Shown: positions 42,063 to 51,762 of the stretch, in pieces
Position numbering within the stretch: position 1 is the first letter of the stretch
How the letters are laid out: each line of letters begins with the position of its first letter
Assembly (NCBI GenBank): GCA_051009975.1
Contig: JBPCWA010000510.1
Span: 3,158 to 67,157 of the forward strand
Origin: Hyphomicrobiaceae bacterium
GTDB taxonomy: Bacteria > Pseudomonadota > Alphaproteobacteria > Rhizobiales > Hyphomicrobiaceae
Direction: 5' to 3'
DNA: 64,000 nucleotides
Made by a program: the position numbers and the translations under genes
The notes under the pieces: model-generated
What the model was told of the DNA's origin: nothing
Seen by the model: the letters and a program-made list of their open reading frames with translations, nothing else
The model's database searches: none

Positions 42063-42248
42063 ATCAAAATGGGCGATCCATGACAGAGTATTGTCGATGT
42101 TCGAGCTTTTTCGGTTCCATTGTCTATTCAGAAATATGTGCAACTCGGTCAGATTCGCTCGATAGGTTTTGGTTGAAGAAATTTGTGCCGGAGATAGTCT
42201 CAAACACATCATCGCAGAACGGGATCGGCCGCTAGGCCCTTAGGCTCA

Positions 42249-43145
42249 ATGAACTACGAGATCAGCCACACGACGACATACCAATACGCACACTCCGTAC
42301 ATCAATCCTATCACTTGGTTCATCTCACTCCTCGTGTCGTCGCGCATCAGGTCATTGCAGAGCATCACATTACTGTTGAACCGGTCCCAGGGGGGCAGTG
42401 GGGAGGCGTTGATTATTTTGGCAACCCATACAGTATCCTTAATGTTGAAATCGAACACAATCGGCTTGTGGTGAGTTCTGCAAGCAAAGTTCAGGTCCAC
42501 GCCAAAGCCCTACTTGCACTGGACGAAACAACCCCTTGGAGGGCGTTGGCGCGTCGAGACGTTCCGAATATTGAGCAACATAAGGACGTGTGGCAATTCA
42601 CGGCTATGTCGCGGCATGGCCCGCTGGTCCAAGCATTGGCGGAATATGCTCAACCATCGTTTTCGAACAATTGCCCAGTATTGGTCGGTGTCGCCGACCT
42701 GACGCGGCGCATCTATGAAGACTTTTCGTTTGATCCGACTGCAACTGATGTGTCAACGCCGGTAGAAACAGTTCTCAAGCAGCGGCGCGGAGTATGTCAG
42801 GATTTCGCACATTTGCAAATCGCAGCTCTGCGATCTCTGGGGCTTCCGGCAAAGTATGTGAGCGGCTATATTTTAACGCATCCACCAGAGGGTCAGCAAC
42901 GTCTGGTTGGGGCCGACGCATCGCACGCTTGGATATCGACATGGGCCCCAGAGTGCGGCTGGGTAGACTTTGATCCGACCAACAATGTTATTCCGAGCGA
43001 TGAACACATAACCGTTGCCTACGGTCGTGACTATGATGACGTTAGTCCAATCAGTGGAGTGTTGCTCGGAGGTGGTCACCATTCCGTTCAAGTGGCGGTC
43101 GACGTTGTTCCGGTTCAGGCTGCAGAAGATGGTGTCGGTCTATAG
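42249..43145 (+). CDS. transglutaminase-family protein (bacterial TGase N-terminal domain plus cysteine-protease-like core)
   Basis: MNYEISHTTTYQYAHSV N-domain and an intact triad: RRGVCQDFAHL, ADASHAWISTW, WVDFDPTN. Confidence 0.9.
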   Translation: MNYEISHTTTYQYAHSVHQSYHLVHLTPRVVAHQVIAEHHITVEPVPGGQWGGVDYFGNPYSILNVEIEHNRLVVSSASKVQVHAKALLALDETTPWRALARRDVPNIEQHKDVWQFTAMSRHGPLVQALAEYAQPSFSNNCPVLVGVADLTRRIYEDFSFDPTATDVSTPVETVLKQRRGVCQDFAHLQIAALRSLGLPAKYVSGYILTHPPEGQQRLVGADASHAWISTWAPECGWVDFDPTNNVIPSDEHITVAYGRDYDDVSPISGVLLGGGHHSVQVAVDVVPVQAAEDGVGL

Positions 43146-43225
43146 GCGGTCAGTCGGGTGCGCCGCAATGGTTATTATAGTCATCGCATTCGGCTGTTAT
43201 TAGGGCGCCGCTATTGGAATGGGCA

Positions 43226-44836
43226 TCAGACGCGGCAGGCCATTCCATCACCGGCTGGGTCAGCCCCGCCATCGAATGTCCCATCGATCATGCGAATTGC
43301 ATGAACGGCTGGGCGCAAATAGCTCTGCGCGTGGCGCAGGGTTGGATAACCGAGATCCTGAAGCTCACGCTCGGTCGAGCGGAGGATGCGGTTCGTAACT
43401 TCGATCGTATTCGATGTTGCCATGAAGCGAGGTGCGCAAACAGCTTCTTGGGCCGACATTCCGAAATCAATGACATTCAGGATTGCTTGCAAAATACCCA
43501 TGGTAATTGTTGTCCCGCCAGGCGCACCGACAACCAGAAACGGTTCTGCACCTTTGAAAATGATCGTTGGTGAAATAGCGGAAAAACGTGCCTTGCCGGG
43601 CGCAAGTGAGCCGGCGGTGCCCGGGCGAGGATCAAATACCATCATGCAATTATTGTACATGAAGCCGAGGCCATCGGTCACTACACCGGAGCTAGAACCA
43701 AGAGAATGTGTCATGGAAACACAGTTACCTTGTGTGTCGGCGACGCAAATATGTGTAGTGTCCCGACTTTCCGATCCGCCAGAATTGACCCGTGGGACGA
43801 TCGTTTTTTTGCCGCGCCGGATACGATCGGCCATGCGCTTGGCATAAGATTTTGAGCTTAGCTCGTCTATGGGAATATCCAAGAATCGCGGATCGCCCAT
43901 GCGGGAATCTTTGTCGACCGTCGCGATCTTCATCGCCTCCGCGACTATTGCAATATAGCTCGATGAGTTGTGGCCCAATTTCTCGAGTTCGAAATTTTCA
44001 AGAATATTGAGCATCAAGAGGAGCATGAGACCACCGCCGGGCAGCGGATTTGTTGCGACGTGAAAGCCGCGATAATCGGTGACAAAAGGCGCTGCAATTT
44101 CCGGTTGGCACGCAGCTAAGTCGGCGGTTGTGATGAGTCCGCCGTTGGCCTTCATATCGGCAATGATCTGCCGCGAGATTGCTCCAGTGTAGAAGTCGTC
44201 AGCGCCGTCCGCGGCCAGTCGTCTGTATGTTTGACCTAAATCTGGGTTTCGTAAGATTTCGCCGACTCGATAGAGTGTACTGTCAGGCTTGGTATAGATT
44301 TTTGCTGTAGCAGCAAAGTCTTTGAGGCCATGAACGCGGGCGATCCGTCCGTTCTCCTCCCCGCGCGTCCAGAACTCAAAGACCTTTGGTCGAACAACAA
44401 ATCCTTCTTCACAGTAGGTAACGGCCGGCTCTATGACATCAGCCAGTGATCGAGAGCCGTGGCGGGCGAGTGCCGTCGCAAAAGCACGCAGCGTCATTGG
44501 TGTCGTCATCGACTGATAGCCAATCTCATTGACCCGATCGCGAAGAATAAAGCCAAAGCCGTCATCGCATTCGCGCACAATCCGGTCCTGCCACATTTCA
44601 GGGCTAACTGTTGATGGCGCGCGGCCGTGGAAGTCGATCAATTCGTGCGTGCCACTGTGAGCCATATAAATATGCATTGATCCAAAGCCAGCGATTCCAC
44701 ACATTTGCGGATCGACGACCGTTTGTACTAGTGCTGCTCCGATCGCAGCATCAACAACGTTTCCGCCAGCTTTGAGAATATTGAGACCTTCTTCAACGGC
44801 CTCAGGCTGTGGCGCGCAGACCATCCCCTTGGTCAT
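43226..44836 (-). CDS. ggt: gamma-glutamyltransferase
   Basis: GGNVVDAAIGAALVQTVVDP, the autoprocessing site SRDTTHICVAD (Thr nucleophile), and GAPGGTTITMGILQ. Confidence 0.93.
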   Translation of the reverse strand: MTKGMVCAPQPEAVEEGLNILKAGGNVVDAAIGAALVQTVVDPQMCGIAGFGSMHIYMAHSGTHELIDFHGRAPSTVSPEMWQDRIVRECDDGFGFILRDRVNEIGYQSMTTPMTLRAFATALARHGSRSLADVIEPAVTYCEEGFVVRPKVFEFWTRGEENGRIARVHGLKDFAATAKIYTKPDSTLYRVGEILRNPDLGQTYRRLAADGADDFYTGAISRQIIADMKANGGLITTADLAACQPEIAAPFVTDYRGFHVATNPLPGGGLMLLLMLNILENFELEKLGHNSSSYIAIVAEAMKIATVDKDSRMGDPRFLDIPIDELSSKSYAKRMADRIRRGKKTIVPRVNSGGSESRDTTHICVADTQGNCVSMTHSLGSSSGVVTDGLGFMYNNCMMVFDPRPGTAGSLAPGKARFSAISPTIIFKGAEPFLVVGAPGGTTITMGILQAILNVIDFGMSAQEAVCAPRFMATSNTIEVTNRILRSTERELQDLGYPTLRHAQSYLRPAVHAIRMIDGTFDGGADPAGDGMACRV

Positions 44837-45264
44837 AACGGTCTACCTCTCACTCTGGAAGCAAGACTCAATGGAGGTCGATAGGTACATCGCGTTTGCC
44901 TCTGTCTCAAGATTTGACCATGTCTCAACAGAGGCCGGTCTCATAATCTATCGTGCATTTCTACGCGGTTTCAGAAGAAAATGCCGATCGAGTGCACACT
45001 GAGTGGTTAGCATGAAATTGCGAAATCCTATGACCTGGGTTGACCAAGAGATCAATTACTAGACCGTTCGGACTGAGCGCTGGTTTGCGAAGGCGCGCGG
45101 CAAATTGCGCTCGACTTCTGGCCATGTGGCGTGCGACGGGCATCGCATGCATAACCGGATCGTAAGTGGAGCCATGCGCGCCGAGAGGCATGGCTGTGGC
45201 CCTCGGCAGTCAACGAAAGACAGGCCGGCCGATACTTGCGTTTGCCAATAAATCAGCGCGGACC

Positions 45265-46455
45265 TTAAGCGAGATAATTGAGAAGGACGGCTACAAAGAG
45301 GGTTTGAGGAACAGCAATTGCTGGCAGTGCCAATGCCAATCGCCACGATCCGGTCGTATCCTTCAGGCTCATAATTTCGGTATAGTCGGTAGCGACGCCC
45401 GCCATCAGGAAGGCGAAGCCATTTCCCGGCGCTCCAGCTCGCGTTACGAGATCGGCAGCTAGCGGGGCGGAGCCTTCCGAACAGACTTCTATGACGGTTG
45501 CAGCAAGGACCGTGAGCAGGACACCCATAAGCGTTGGTCCGAACCACTCGGCAAATGCCTCTGCGGGTAAAATTGCGCGCAGCCCTGCAGCAAGGACAAC
45601 GCCAAAAAGCAACCAACGCAAAACCATTCGTGAGCCCTTCAATCCGTCACCCAGCATTGTGGCGGTTCCAACCCAACTGGGTTTGAGCCCTGTCATCCAG
45701 ACGCGGAGCGCATGGCCCAATTTTGCGTCTCCATTAGCGCTCGCTTCTTGACGAGCAGGATTGTCTGGCAAGTGACCATTGGCAACGAGCGCGTCAAAAA
45801 TCCAACCCGTGGACAGGGCTACCAAGGCGGACAAGATGACAAATGCGATAGTATAAACCCAACCGACGAGCGCAATGAGCAACACAGTTAAACTGAGTGA
45901 ATTCCAAGGGCTGGCGAGCAAGAAGGCCACGGTTTGACCAATGCTGGCGCCACGCTCATAGAGTTTCATGCCAACCATGAGTATACCGTGGCTGCAGAGA
46001 TCGAACAGGACACCGGCAGCAGTCGCGCGCAGGAGGCCTGTGGAACGGCGGCTGCCGGAAAGTGCCGAAATTACGATCCCGCGTGGAACGCGATCGAGCA
46101 AACCGACGAATAGAATACCAAGGCCGATTCCCCACCACATGGCATTCATAAGATCAAATGTTCCGCGCGCGAAGTGAGCGAAAATCGAGTGGCTGCTGTC
46201 TTGACCAACAATCAGCCATCCGACGTAACCGAAGGCCACAGCGAAAGCGCTGGACCACAACATCCAATCGATACGAGATCGCTTCGCTTCAGCTCCGGTC
46301 AACCCGTGCGCTGTCGGACAACACGCCGTTGAGATATCCGCGCGTCTGAAACCTCTATCTGTGCCACAATTGAGTGGCTCAGGATCAACTGTGACGCATT
46401 GAGAAGGGGCGTTTGTGTTCGAATCATTTTTGATTGTGTCCACCATGTTCAGCAA
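45265..46455 (-). CDS. permease, UPF0718/ArsP-like family, with a Cys-rich N-terminal tail
   Basis: Multi-TM protein with internal two-fold repeat character. The N-terminal cytoplasmic region carries C..C....CC (SQCVTVDPEPLNCGTDRG...STACCPTAHG). Confidence 0.75.
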   Translation of the reverse strand: MLNMVDTIKNDSNTNAPSQCVTVDPEPLNCGTDRGFRRADISTACCPTAHGLTGAEAKRSRIDWMLWSSAFAVAFGYVGWLIVGQDSSHSIFAHFARGTFDLMNAMWWGIGLGILFVGLLDRVPRGIVISALSGSRRSTGLLRATAAGVLFDLCSHGILMVGMKLYERGASIGQTVAFLLASPWNSLSLTVLLIALVGWVYTIAFVILSALVALSTGWIFDALVANGHLPDNPARQEASANGDAKLGHALRVWMTGLKPSWVGTATMLGDGLKGSRMVLRWLLFGVVLAAGLRAILPAEAFAEWFGPTLMGVLLTVLAATVIEVCSEGSAPLAADLVTRAGAPGNGFAFLMAGVATDYTEIMSLKDTTGSWRLALALPAIAVPQTLFVAVLLNYLA

Positions 46456-46545
46456 GTAGACCTTCCAGTAACTGTAAGGTCAAGGTTCAGCATCCATGGT
46501 CCAGAGCTTTTTTCAACCGCCAAAAGATTATGAGATACATACAGA

Positions 46546-47349
46546 TCAAGTATCAGTTGGCCTTGTCTTTTGAATTGCCCTCCCGGCCAGAAATGCGCGA
46601 ATATTTTGTTGGGGTTCGCCGGTCGCATACGCAGTAGACAGCGCATCGATGCCGGCCCAAATACCTTCCTGAACCGAGACTTCTTGCCATTTGTTCATGA
46701 GCGCTTTTTGGGCCTTGATGGCAGTGGGGGCAGCGCGGCAGATGCCGTCGATCCACCTATCTATCTCGGCATCCAGGGTCTCGGGCTGCGCGACTTTCTG
46801 GATCAATCCGAACTGGAACGCAGTCCTGGCATCATAGGACTGTCCCGTAAGCAACATCTCACGTGTGCGCCCCCAACCAATCTGACCGGGAAGCAGCGCT
46901 GCTTCTATTACAGAAGGCAATCCCAAGTGCACCTCAGGCATCGCGAATGTTGCCGTCGAGGCTGCGGCACGCATGTCGCAGCTAGCCGCGACTTCAAGTC
47001 CGGCACCGAGACAGTATCCCTTGATCCGGGCGATAACTGGCACAGGACAGGCGCGAATGGCATGGCAGGCTCTGTGCAAATTTGTTATGAAAATGCGAGC
47101 GCTGTCCGCGCATAGACCGCTGAGTTCATTCAAGTCTGCACCGCCGACGAAGGCACGATCACCAGCACCTGTCAGTATGACGGCGCGAACGTCAAGTTGA
47201 GAGCTAACTTTTTCGAAGTTCTTGGTGAGAGCAATGATCAGGGCGCTCGACAGGCTATTGAGCTTGGCCGGATTGTCGATAGTAATTGTCGCAATCGGTC
47301 CGCGGACTTGATCTTCTGCTATCGTCAACTGCACGGTTGGATCGCTCAT
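46546..47349 (-). CDS. enoyl-CoA hydratase/isomerase (crotonase) family protein
   Basis: ITIDNPAKLNSL, VILTGAGDRAFVGGADL, GYCLGAGLEVAASCD, PEVHLGLP. Confidence 0.88.
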   Translation of the reverse strand: MSDPTVQLTIAEDQVRGPIATITIDNPAKLNSLSSALIIALTKNFEKVSSQLDVRAVILTGAGDRAFVGGADLNELSGLCADSARIFITNLHRACHAIRACPVPVIARIKGYCLGAGLEVAASCDMRAAASTATFAMPEVHLGLPSVIEAALLPGQIGWGRTREMLLTGQSYDARTAFQFGLIQKVAQPETLDAEIDRWIDGICRAAPTAIKAQKALMNKWQEVSVQEGIWAGIDALSTAYATGEPQQNIRAFLAGRAIQKTRPTDT

Positions 47350-47532
47350 CCCGATTGTCCATTCTTCAGAAAGCTGCGTGTCATGACCTAGCGCGATCCC
47401 GCCGAATACCAGTATTAGAGTTATGCGCCAATGATTCGTGCCATAAATCCAGAGACGCCATGTGTTTACACTCTATGGAATTGCACGAATATTGCGAATC
47501 GAGGCCCAGTAGTCGAAGGATCGCGACTGTCG

Positions 47533-48162
47533 ATGCCGTTTCAGAACCGTGTAACACCCGATGGCCAGATCGTTGCCACACCAGCGCGGGGAACGCTGAT
47601 GGGAAATCGTGGCGGCCAGATGCACCGGGTAGACAAATCGCTCGGACCCAAGCGCTGGGTGACCAAACAGTGGATCACCTGTCGCCTCTCGTACAAGGGG
47701 CGATGGCGTGAAGTGATGGCGCCGAACTCCTACACAGAACTGTTTTTTCTAGACGAAGCAACGTCGTTCGCCGCTGGCCATCGACCGTGTTATGAGTGTC
47801 GACGACGGGAAGCTGTATATTTCTCCGAGCTTTGGGGCGAGGTGTTCGGAGCGGGCGATCGCGCGAAGGCAGGCGATATCGACAACACACTACATTCCGA
47901 AAGACTGAGCGCAGACGGAAGAAAGGCGAGTTTCACGGCGGAGGTCGGCACGTTGCCTACGGCAACGATGGTATTTTGGCGAGATGGAATGTATCTGCTC
48001 TTGGCAGGGCGGATGCTGAGGTGGTCGCTTGATGGATACGGTGCTGCCGTCGATCCTGATCCGGCACTACAGGTTGAAGTGCTGACGCCACGGAGTACTG
48101 TCGAGATTTTTCGCATGGGTTATGATGCGGATCTGCATGAAACAGCTTTGCGGTTCACGTGA
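47533..48162 (+). CDS. conserved hypothetical protein
   Basis: MPFQNRVTPDGQIVATPARGTLMGNRGG...YTELFFLDEATSFAAGHRPCYECRR. I recall homologues annotated only as hypothetical. The start is chosen at ATG 47533. Confidence 0.6.
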   Translation: MPFQNRVTPDGQIVATPARGTLMGNRGGQMHRVDKSLGPKRWVTKQWITCRLSYKGRWREVMAPNSYTELFFLDEATSFAAGHRPCYECRRREAVYFSELWGEVFGAGDRAKAGDIDNTLHSERLSADGRKASFTAEVGTLPTATMVFWRDGMYLLLAGRMLRWSLDGYGAAVDPDPALQVEVLTPRSTVEIFRMGYDADLHETALRFT

Positions 48163-48199
48163 TCGAGAGAACTAATGCGCATAGCGGGGAGCGAAGTGC

Positions 48200-49309
48200 T
48201 TGGGCAAAACTGATTGGCAAGACGGCATAATTCCGGCACAGGGCATTCGTTTGCTGATAGCGCAAGACGCCGTCAAATTGGCGCAACCGCTTAAGGGCAA
48301 TCAACTCCAGCCAGCAAGTCTCGATTTAAGACTTGGCGGTGTAGCTTATCGTGTTCGGGCCAGCTTTCTGCCTGCGCGTGGCGCTCCGGTGCGCGAGCGT
48401 ATCGACGCATTGGCCCTACATCAGATTGACTTGACTGGGGGGGCAGTTCTGGAAACCGGGTGCGTTTACGTCGTGCCATTGATTGAGTCTTTGGCTCTTC
48501 CGCAATCAATTGCTGCCGCCGCAAACCCCAAAAGTTCGACTGGGCGGTTGGATGTTTTCACTCGGGTCATTGCTGATGGAGTAAACGCGTTTGATACGAT
48601 GCCTGTCGGTTGCAACGGAGCACTTTTTGCAGAAATCTGCCCGCAGACATTCCCGGTGATAGTTCGTGAGGGCTCAAGTTTGTCGCAGATTCGATTTCGC
48701 GTTGGAAATCCCACGGAGACGGACGAGTCGCTTCGCTCTCTGCACGCACGCGACACTCTTGTCTCTGGCGGCTCTGCGGCTGATATACAAGGCGGCATTG
48801 CTCTTGCCGTCGACCTCTCGCGGGAATTTGGGCAGGTCAGTGAGGGGCTGGTTGGGTATCGCGCTAAGCGTAATTCAGGTTTGGTAGATGTTGATGCGCC
48901 AGGCTCATGTGCGGTCGCAGAGTACTGGGAACCGATCCATGCTGAAAAGGCCTCGCGTTTGATTCTAGATCCTGACCAGTTTTACATTTTGGCATCAAAG
49001 GAAGCGGTGCACGTACCGCCAAGTCACGCCGCGGAGATGGTGCCCTTCAATCCCTTGGTTGGCGAATTTCGTGTCCACTATGCCGGTTTTATGGATCCGG
49101 GGTTTGGTCATGCTAGCGCTGGCGGCAGCGGGGCTAGGGTCGTATTGGAAGTGCGTTCTCACAAGGTCCCCTTTATTCTGGAAGATGGTCAAATTGTTGG
49201 TAGACTCATCTACGAGAGGATGGCAGAGACGCCGGAAATTCTCTACGGAGACGGTTTAGGCAGCCACTACCAGGCTCAGGGGCTCAAACTTTCCAAACAC
49301 TTCAAGTAG
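48200..49309 (+). CDS. 2'-deoxycytidine 5'-triphosphate deaminase (long, about 360-aa alphaproteobacterial form)
   Basis: QPASLDLRLG, NPKSSTGRLDVF, FRVHYAGFMDPGFG, VLEVRSH. Confidence 0.8.
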   Translation: MGKTDWQDGIIPAQGIRLLIAQDAVKLAQPLKGNQLQPASLDLRLGGVAYRVRASFLPARGAPVRERIDALALHQIDLTGGAVLETGCVYVVPLIESLALPQSIAAAANPKSSTGRLDVFTRVIADGVNAFDTMPVGCNGALFAEICPQTFPVIVREGSSLSQIRFRVGNPTETDESLRSLHARDTLVSGGSAADIQGGIALAVDLSREFGQVSEGLVGYRAKRNSGLVDVDAPGSCAVAEYWEPIHAEKASRLILDPDQFYILASKEAVHVPPSHAAEMVPFNPLVGEFRVHYAGFMDPGFGHASAGGSGARVVLEVRSHKVPFILEDGQIVGRLIYERMAETPEILYGDGLGSHYQAQGLKLSKHFK

Positions 49310-49506
49310 ATCGTTGCTAGGGAAGTTTGACGCCGGACGCGCCGCCTGGCCAAGCAGTTTAAATACGGTCCGCAGTGGTTGGCGGGCTTCGCGATATGAC
49401 AGTTCTTGTTCATGCCCTTCGCATTCTGTTGCTTGGTTATGTTGCCTCGCCGGCCCCCGGCTGCAGCAGTTCCGGCTCCAGATGTTCCTGCAGAACGTAT
49501 TCGATG

Positions 49507-49956
49507 TTAGGGACAGTCTAGTGCGACCTGAGCGGACGCTTGGTTATTGTATTCGTTCTCTTCCTCGAACACATTCTCGGGATCGACCGTAAGCCGCACT
49601 TTATGCATGCCAGTCAACTTGGGTGTATTGTTGGATCGGATGCGAACCGGTACTGTAACAGACTCGCGTGGACGCATAGTATTGACGAAGCGGTCGTTGC
49701 CTAAGACTTCTGGATAATTTTTGAGTTGAGAGGCGAGCATGACCTTGGTTGTAAAAATCTGTCCTTGACCTTGGCCAACATTGGTAACGCGAACGGATCC
49801 GGTGATGAGGGGCGCGCGACCACTACAGTCTCCAGTGGCATGCAAATCTACCGCCGTGATCGTCAGATCCGGTAGATCACGAGCAGCGACATGGAACGTG
49901 GCGAATGCCGACAGAATGGCCGATACCGCGACGAGCAAGACGTAGCGAGAAATCAC
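49507..49956 (-). CDS. secreted CARDB-like domain protein
   Basis: Signal peptide MISRYVLLVAVSAILSAFA, then DLTITAVDL...GSVRVTNVGQGQG...ESVTVPVRI...VRLTVDPENVFEEENEYNN (CARDB pattern). The GTG start overlaps the dapE stop (GTGA). Confidence 0.7.
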   Translation of the reverse strand: MISRYVLLVAVSAILSAFATFHVAARDLPDLTITAVDLHATGDCSGRAPLITGSVRVTNVGQGQGQIFTTKVMLASQLKNYPEVLGNDRFVNTMRPRESVTVPVRIRSNNTPKLTGMHKVRLTVDPENVFEEENEYNNQASAQVALDCP

Positions 49957-51143
49957 GCGAAATATCCTTCGATCAAGCGTTCGTAGATCGACGTCAACTG
50001 ATGCATGTGGTCAACAGGACAGCACTCGTCAATTTGATGGATCGTCTTGTTAACAAGACCCAGCTCAATTACCGGACAATACGCTTGTATGAAGCGGGCA
50101 TCGGATGTGCCGCCGCTGGTGGAAAGCTTGGGTACCAGCCCCGTGACACTCTGAACAGCTGCAATAGTTGCGTCGACGAGTTGACCACCGGGCTTTGTCA
50201 GGAAAACGTCGCCAGTTCCCTCAAACGCCAGGTCGAAATGGGCGTCGACGCTCTCGGCTGCAGCGTGGCACTGTTCTCGGATCCAAGCTTCCATTTTAGG
50301 GCGGGTCCAATTGTCGTTGTAACGCACGTTGAGCGTTGCCCGTGCGTGCCCAGGGATTACATTTGCCGCGGTGTTCGGGACGGAGATGAGGGTAAATTGG
50401 AGGCGTGACGGTTCAAACGCGTCGCTGCCAGAATCAATTGATATCGATGACAAACGATCGATAATTCTCGCCAGCTTTGGAACCGGATTGTCGGCCAGTT
50501 GTGGATAGGCGGCATGTCCTTGTTTGCCTTGAACGGCAATATGAGCAGTCACGCTGCCCCGCCGACCGATTTTGATCATGTCACCAATCCGGCTAGGACA
50601 GCTTGGTTCGCCGACAAGGCAAGCGTCGAGTTTTTCCTCCTGCGCGACCAACCAATTGAGCACCTTGCTCGTTCCGTTTATGGCAGCGCCTTCCTCATCA
50701 CCCGTAATGAGAAGGGACACTGATCCCCGCAGCCCACCGCGTCGTTCAATACTCCGCGCCGCAGCTGCAACGAAACAGGCGATAGCGCCCTTCATGTCAA
50801 CCGCTCCGCGCCCGTATATTACGCCGCCATGTATTTCAGCCCCGAACGGCGGATAGGTCCATTCGCTCTCCTCGCCTGGAGGCACTACGTCAGTGTGTCC
50901 AGCAAAGCATAAATTCGGGCTTTGGGCCCCAAAGCGAGCATAAGTGTTATCAACGTCGGATGTTCCTGGTTCAGAAAATGTCAGTCGGTGAACGGTGAAA
51001 CCGACCGATTCCAAAAGACTCTGCAGGACGTCCTGCGCTCCGCAGTCGCGCGGCGTAACGGATGGGCATCTCAGCAACGCCTGCGCAATGGAGACCGGAT
51101 CGCGCACATCAATGGTAGATGTTGTCTCTGTTTGATTGGTCAT
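49953..51143 (-). CDS. dapE: succinyl-diaminopimelate desuccinylase
   Basis: LLRCPSVTP, LCFAGHTDVVPPG, GRGAVDMKG, ITGDEEG, GGTSDARF. Confidence 0.95.
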   Translation of the reverse strand: MTNQTETTSTIDVRDPVSIAQALLRCPSVTPRDCGAQDVLQSLLESVGFTVHRLTFSEPGTSDVDNTYARFGAQSPNLCFAGHTDVVPPGEESEWTYPPFGAEIHGGVIYGRGAVDMKGAIACFVAAAARSIERRGGLRGSVSLLITGDEEGAAINGTSKVLNWLVAQEEKLDACLVGEPSCPSRIGDMIKIGRRGSVTAHIAVQGKQGHAAYPQLADNPVPKLARIIDRLSSISIDSGSDAFEPSRLQFTLISVPNTAANVIPGHARATLNVRYNDNWTRPKMEAWIREQCHAAAESVDAHFDLAFEGTGDVFLTKPGGQLVDATIAAVQSVTGLVPKLSTSGGTSDARFIQAYCPVIELGLVNKTIHQIDECCPVDHMHQLTSIYERLIEGYFA

Positions 51144-51246
51144 TGGGCCTCATGATCGAAACTCGCTGGCCGGATCGAAAGAACTCGACCGACAGAAAAT
51201 CCTTTAAAGCTGACAAAACGCGTGCGATGAGATACCTTTCCCCGGG

Positions 51247-51762
51247 TCAGACGCAGGCCCTCGGTGCTAAGATGGCAACGCCAGTCTCGTCAAACACTCC
51301 GTCGATATACTGCAGTCGTCCGTCAGGTGCGCTCAACCGGGCGCTGGCCTTTCCGCCTTGAATTTCGCCAAAAGTCAGATGGTCCGTGTCAGTATCGCGA
51401 CCGATGCGATCGTCCAAATCGACGAGATATGTAAAGTTCTTGCCCTCCACAAACCCGCTGAACGTGAGTTGTCCGTGTCGGTCGCCCTCAGTTAGACCTT
51501 CTACTGATTTCAGTTTGACATCACCATCATTGCGCAATTCCGCTGCGCCGTATCCAGTGTCAACATACGCTAGACCGTCCGAGGAATTGAGGTCCAGCTC
51601 GATCAATTGGATAGTCAATCCTGGTCCACTGACGAACTCGAACCGAAAATAGTCTGGTGAGGCTTCGGCAAAAACTATCCTTACCTGGGGACCACAGGCG
51701 GCCGCGGATTGGGCCAAGGCAATGCACATAAGGGACGAAATAGCGACGACCCACAGTCTCAT
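51247..51762 (-). CDS. hypothetical secreted protein
   Basis: Signal peptide MRLWVVAISSLMCIALAQSAAA, then a beta-rich sequence with an N-terminal Cys (ACGP) and a C-terminal Cys (RACV). No family recognised. Confidence 0.55.
   Translation of the reverse strand: MRLWVVAISSLMCIALAQSAAACGPQVRIVFAEASPDYFRFEFVSGPGLTIQLIELDLNSSDGLAYVDTGYGAAELRNDGDVKLKSVEGLTEGDRHGQLTFSGFVEGKNFTYLVDLDDRIGRDTDTDHLTFGEIQGGKASARLSAPDGRLQYIDGVFDETGVAILAPRACV

Noticed and set aside
43145-44836. ggt as a fourth functional member of the transglutaminase/ATP-grasp cluster
   Set aside because: It is on the opposite strand and convergent, so it is not co-transcribed. Gamma-glutamyltransferase is a common housekeeping periplasmic enzyme. 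The adjacency is mentioned in the cluster finding, but linkage cannot be claimed without neighbourhood statistics.
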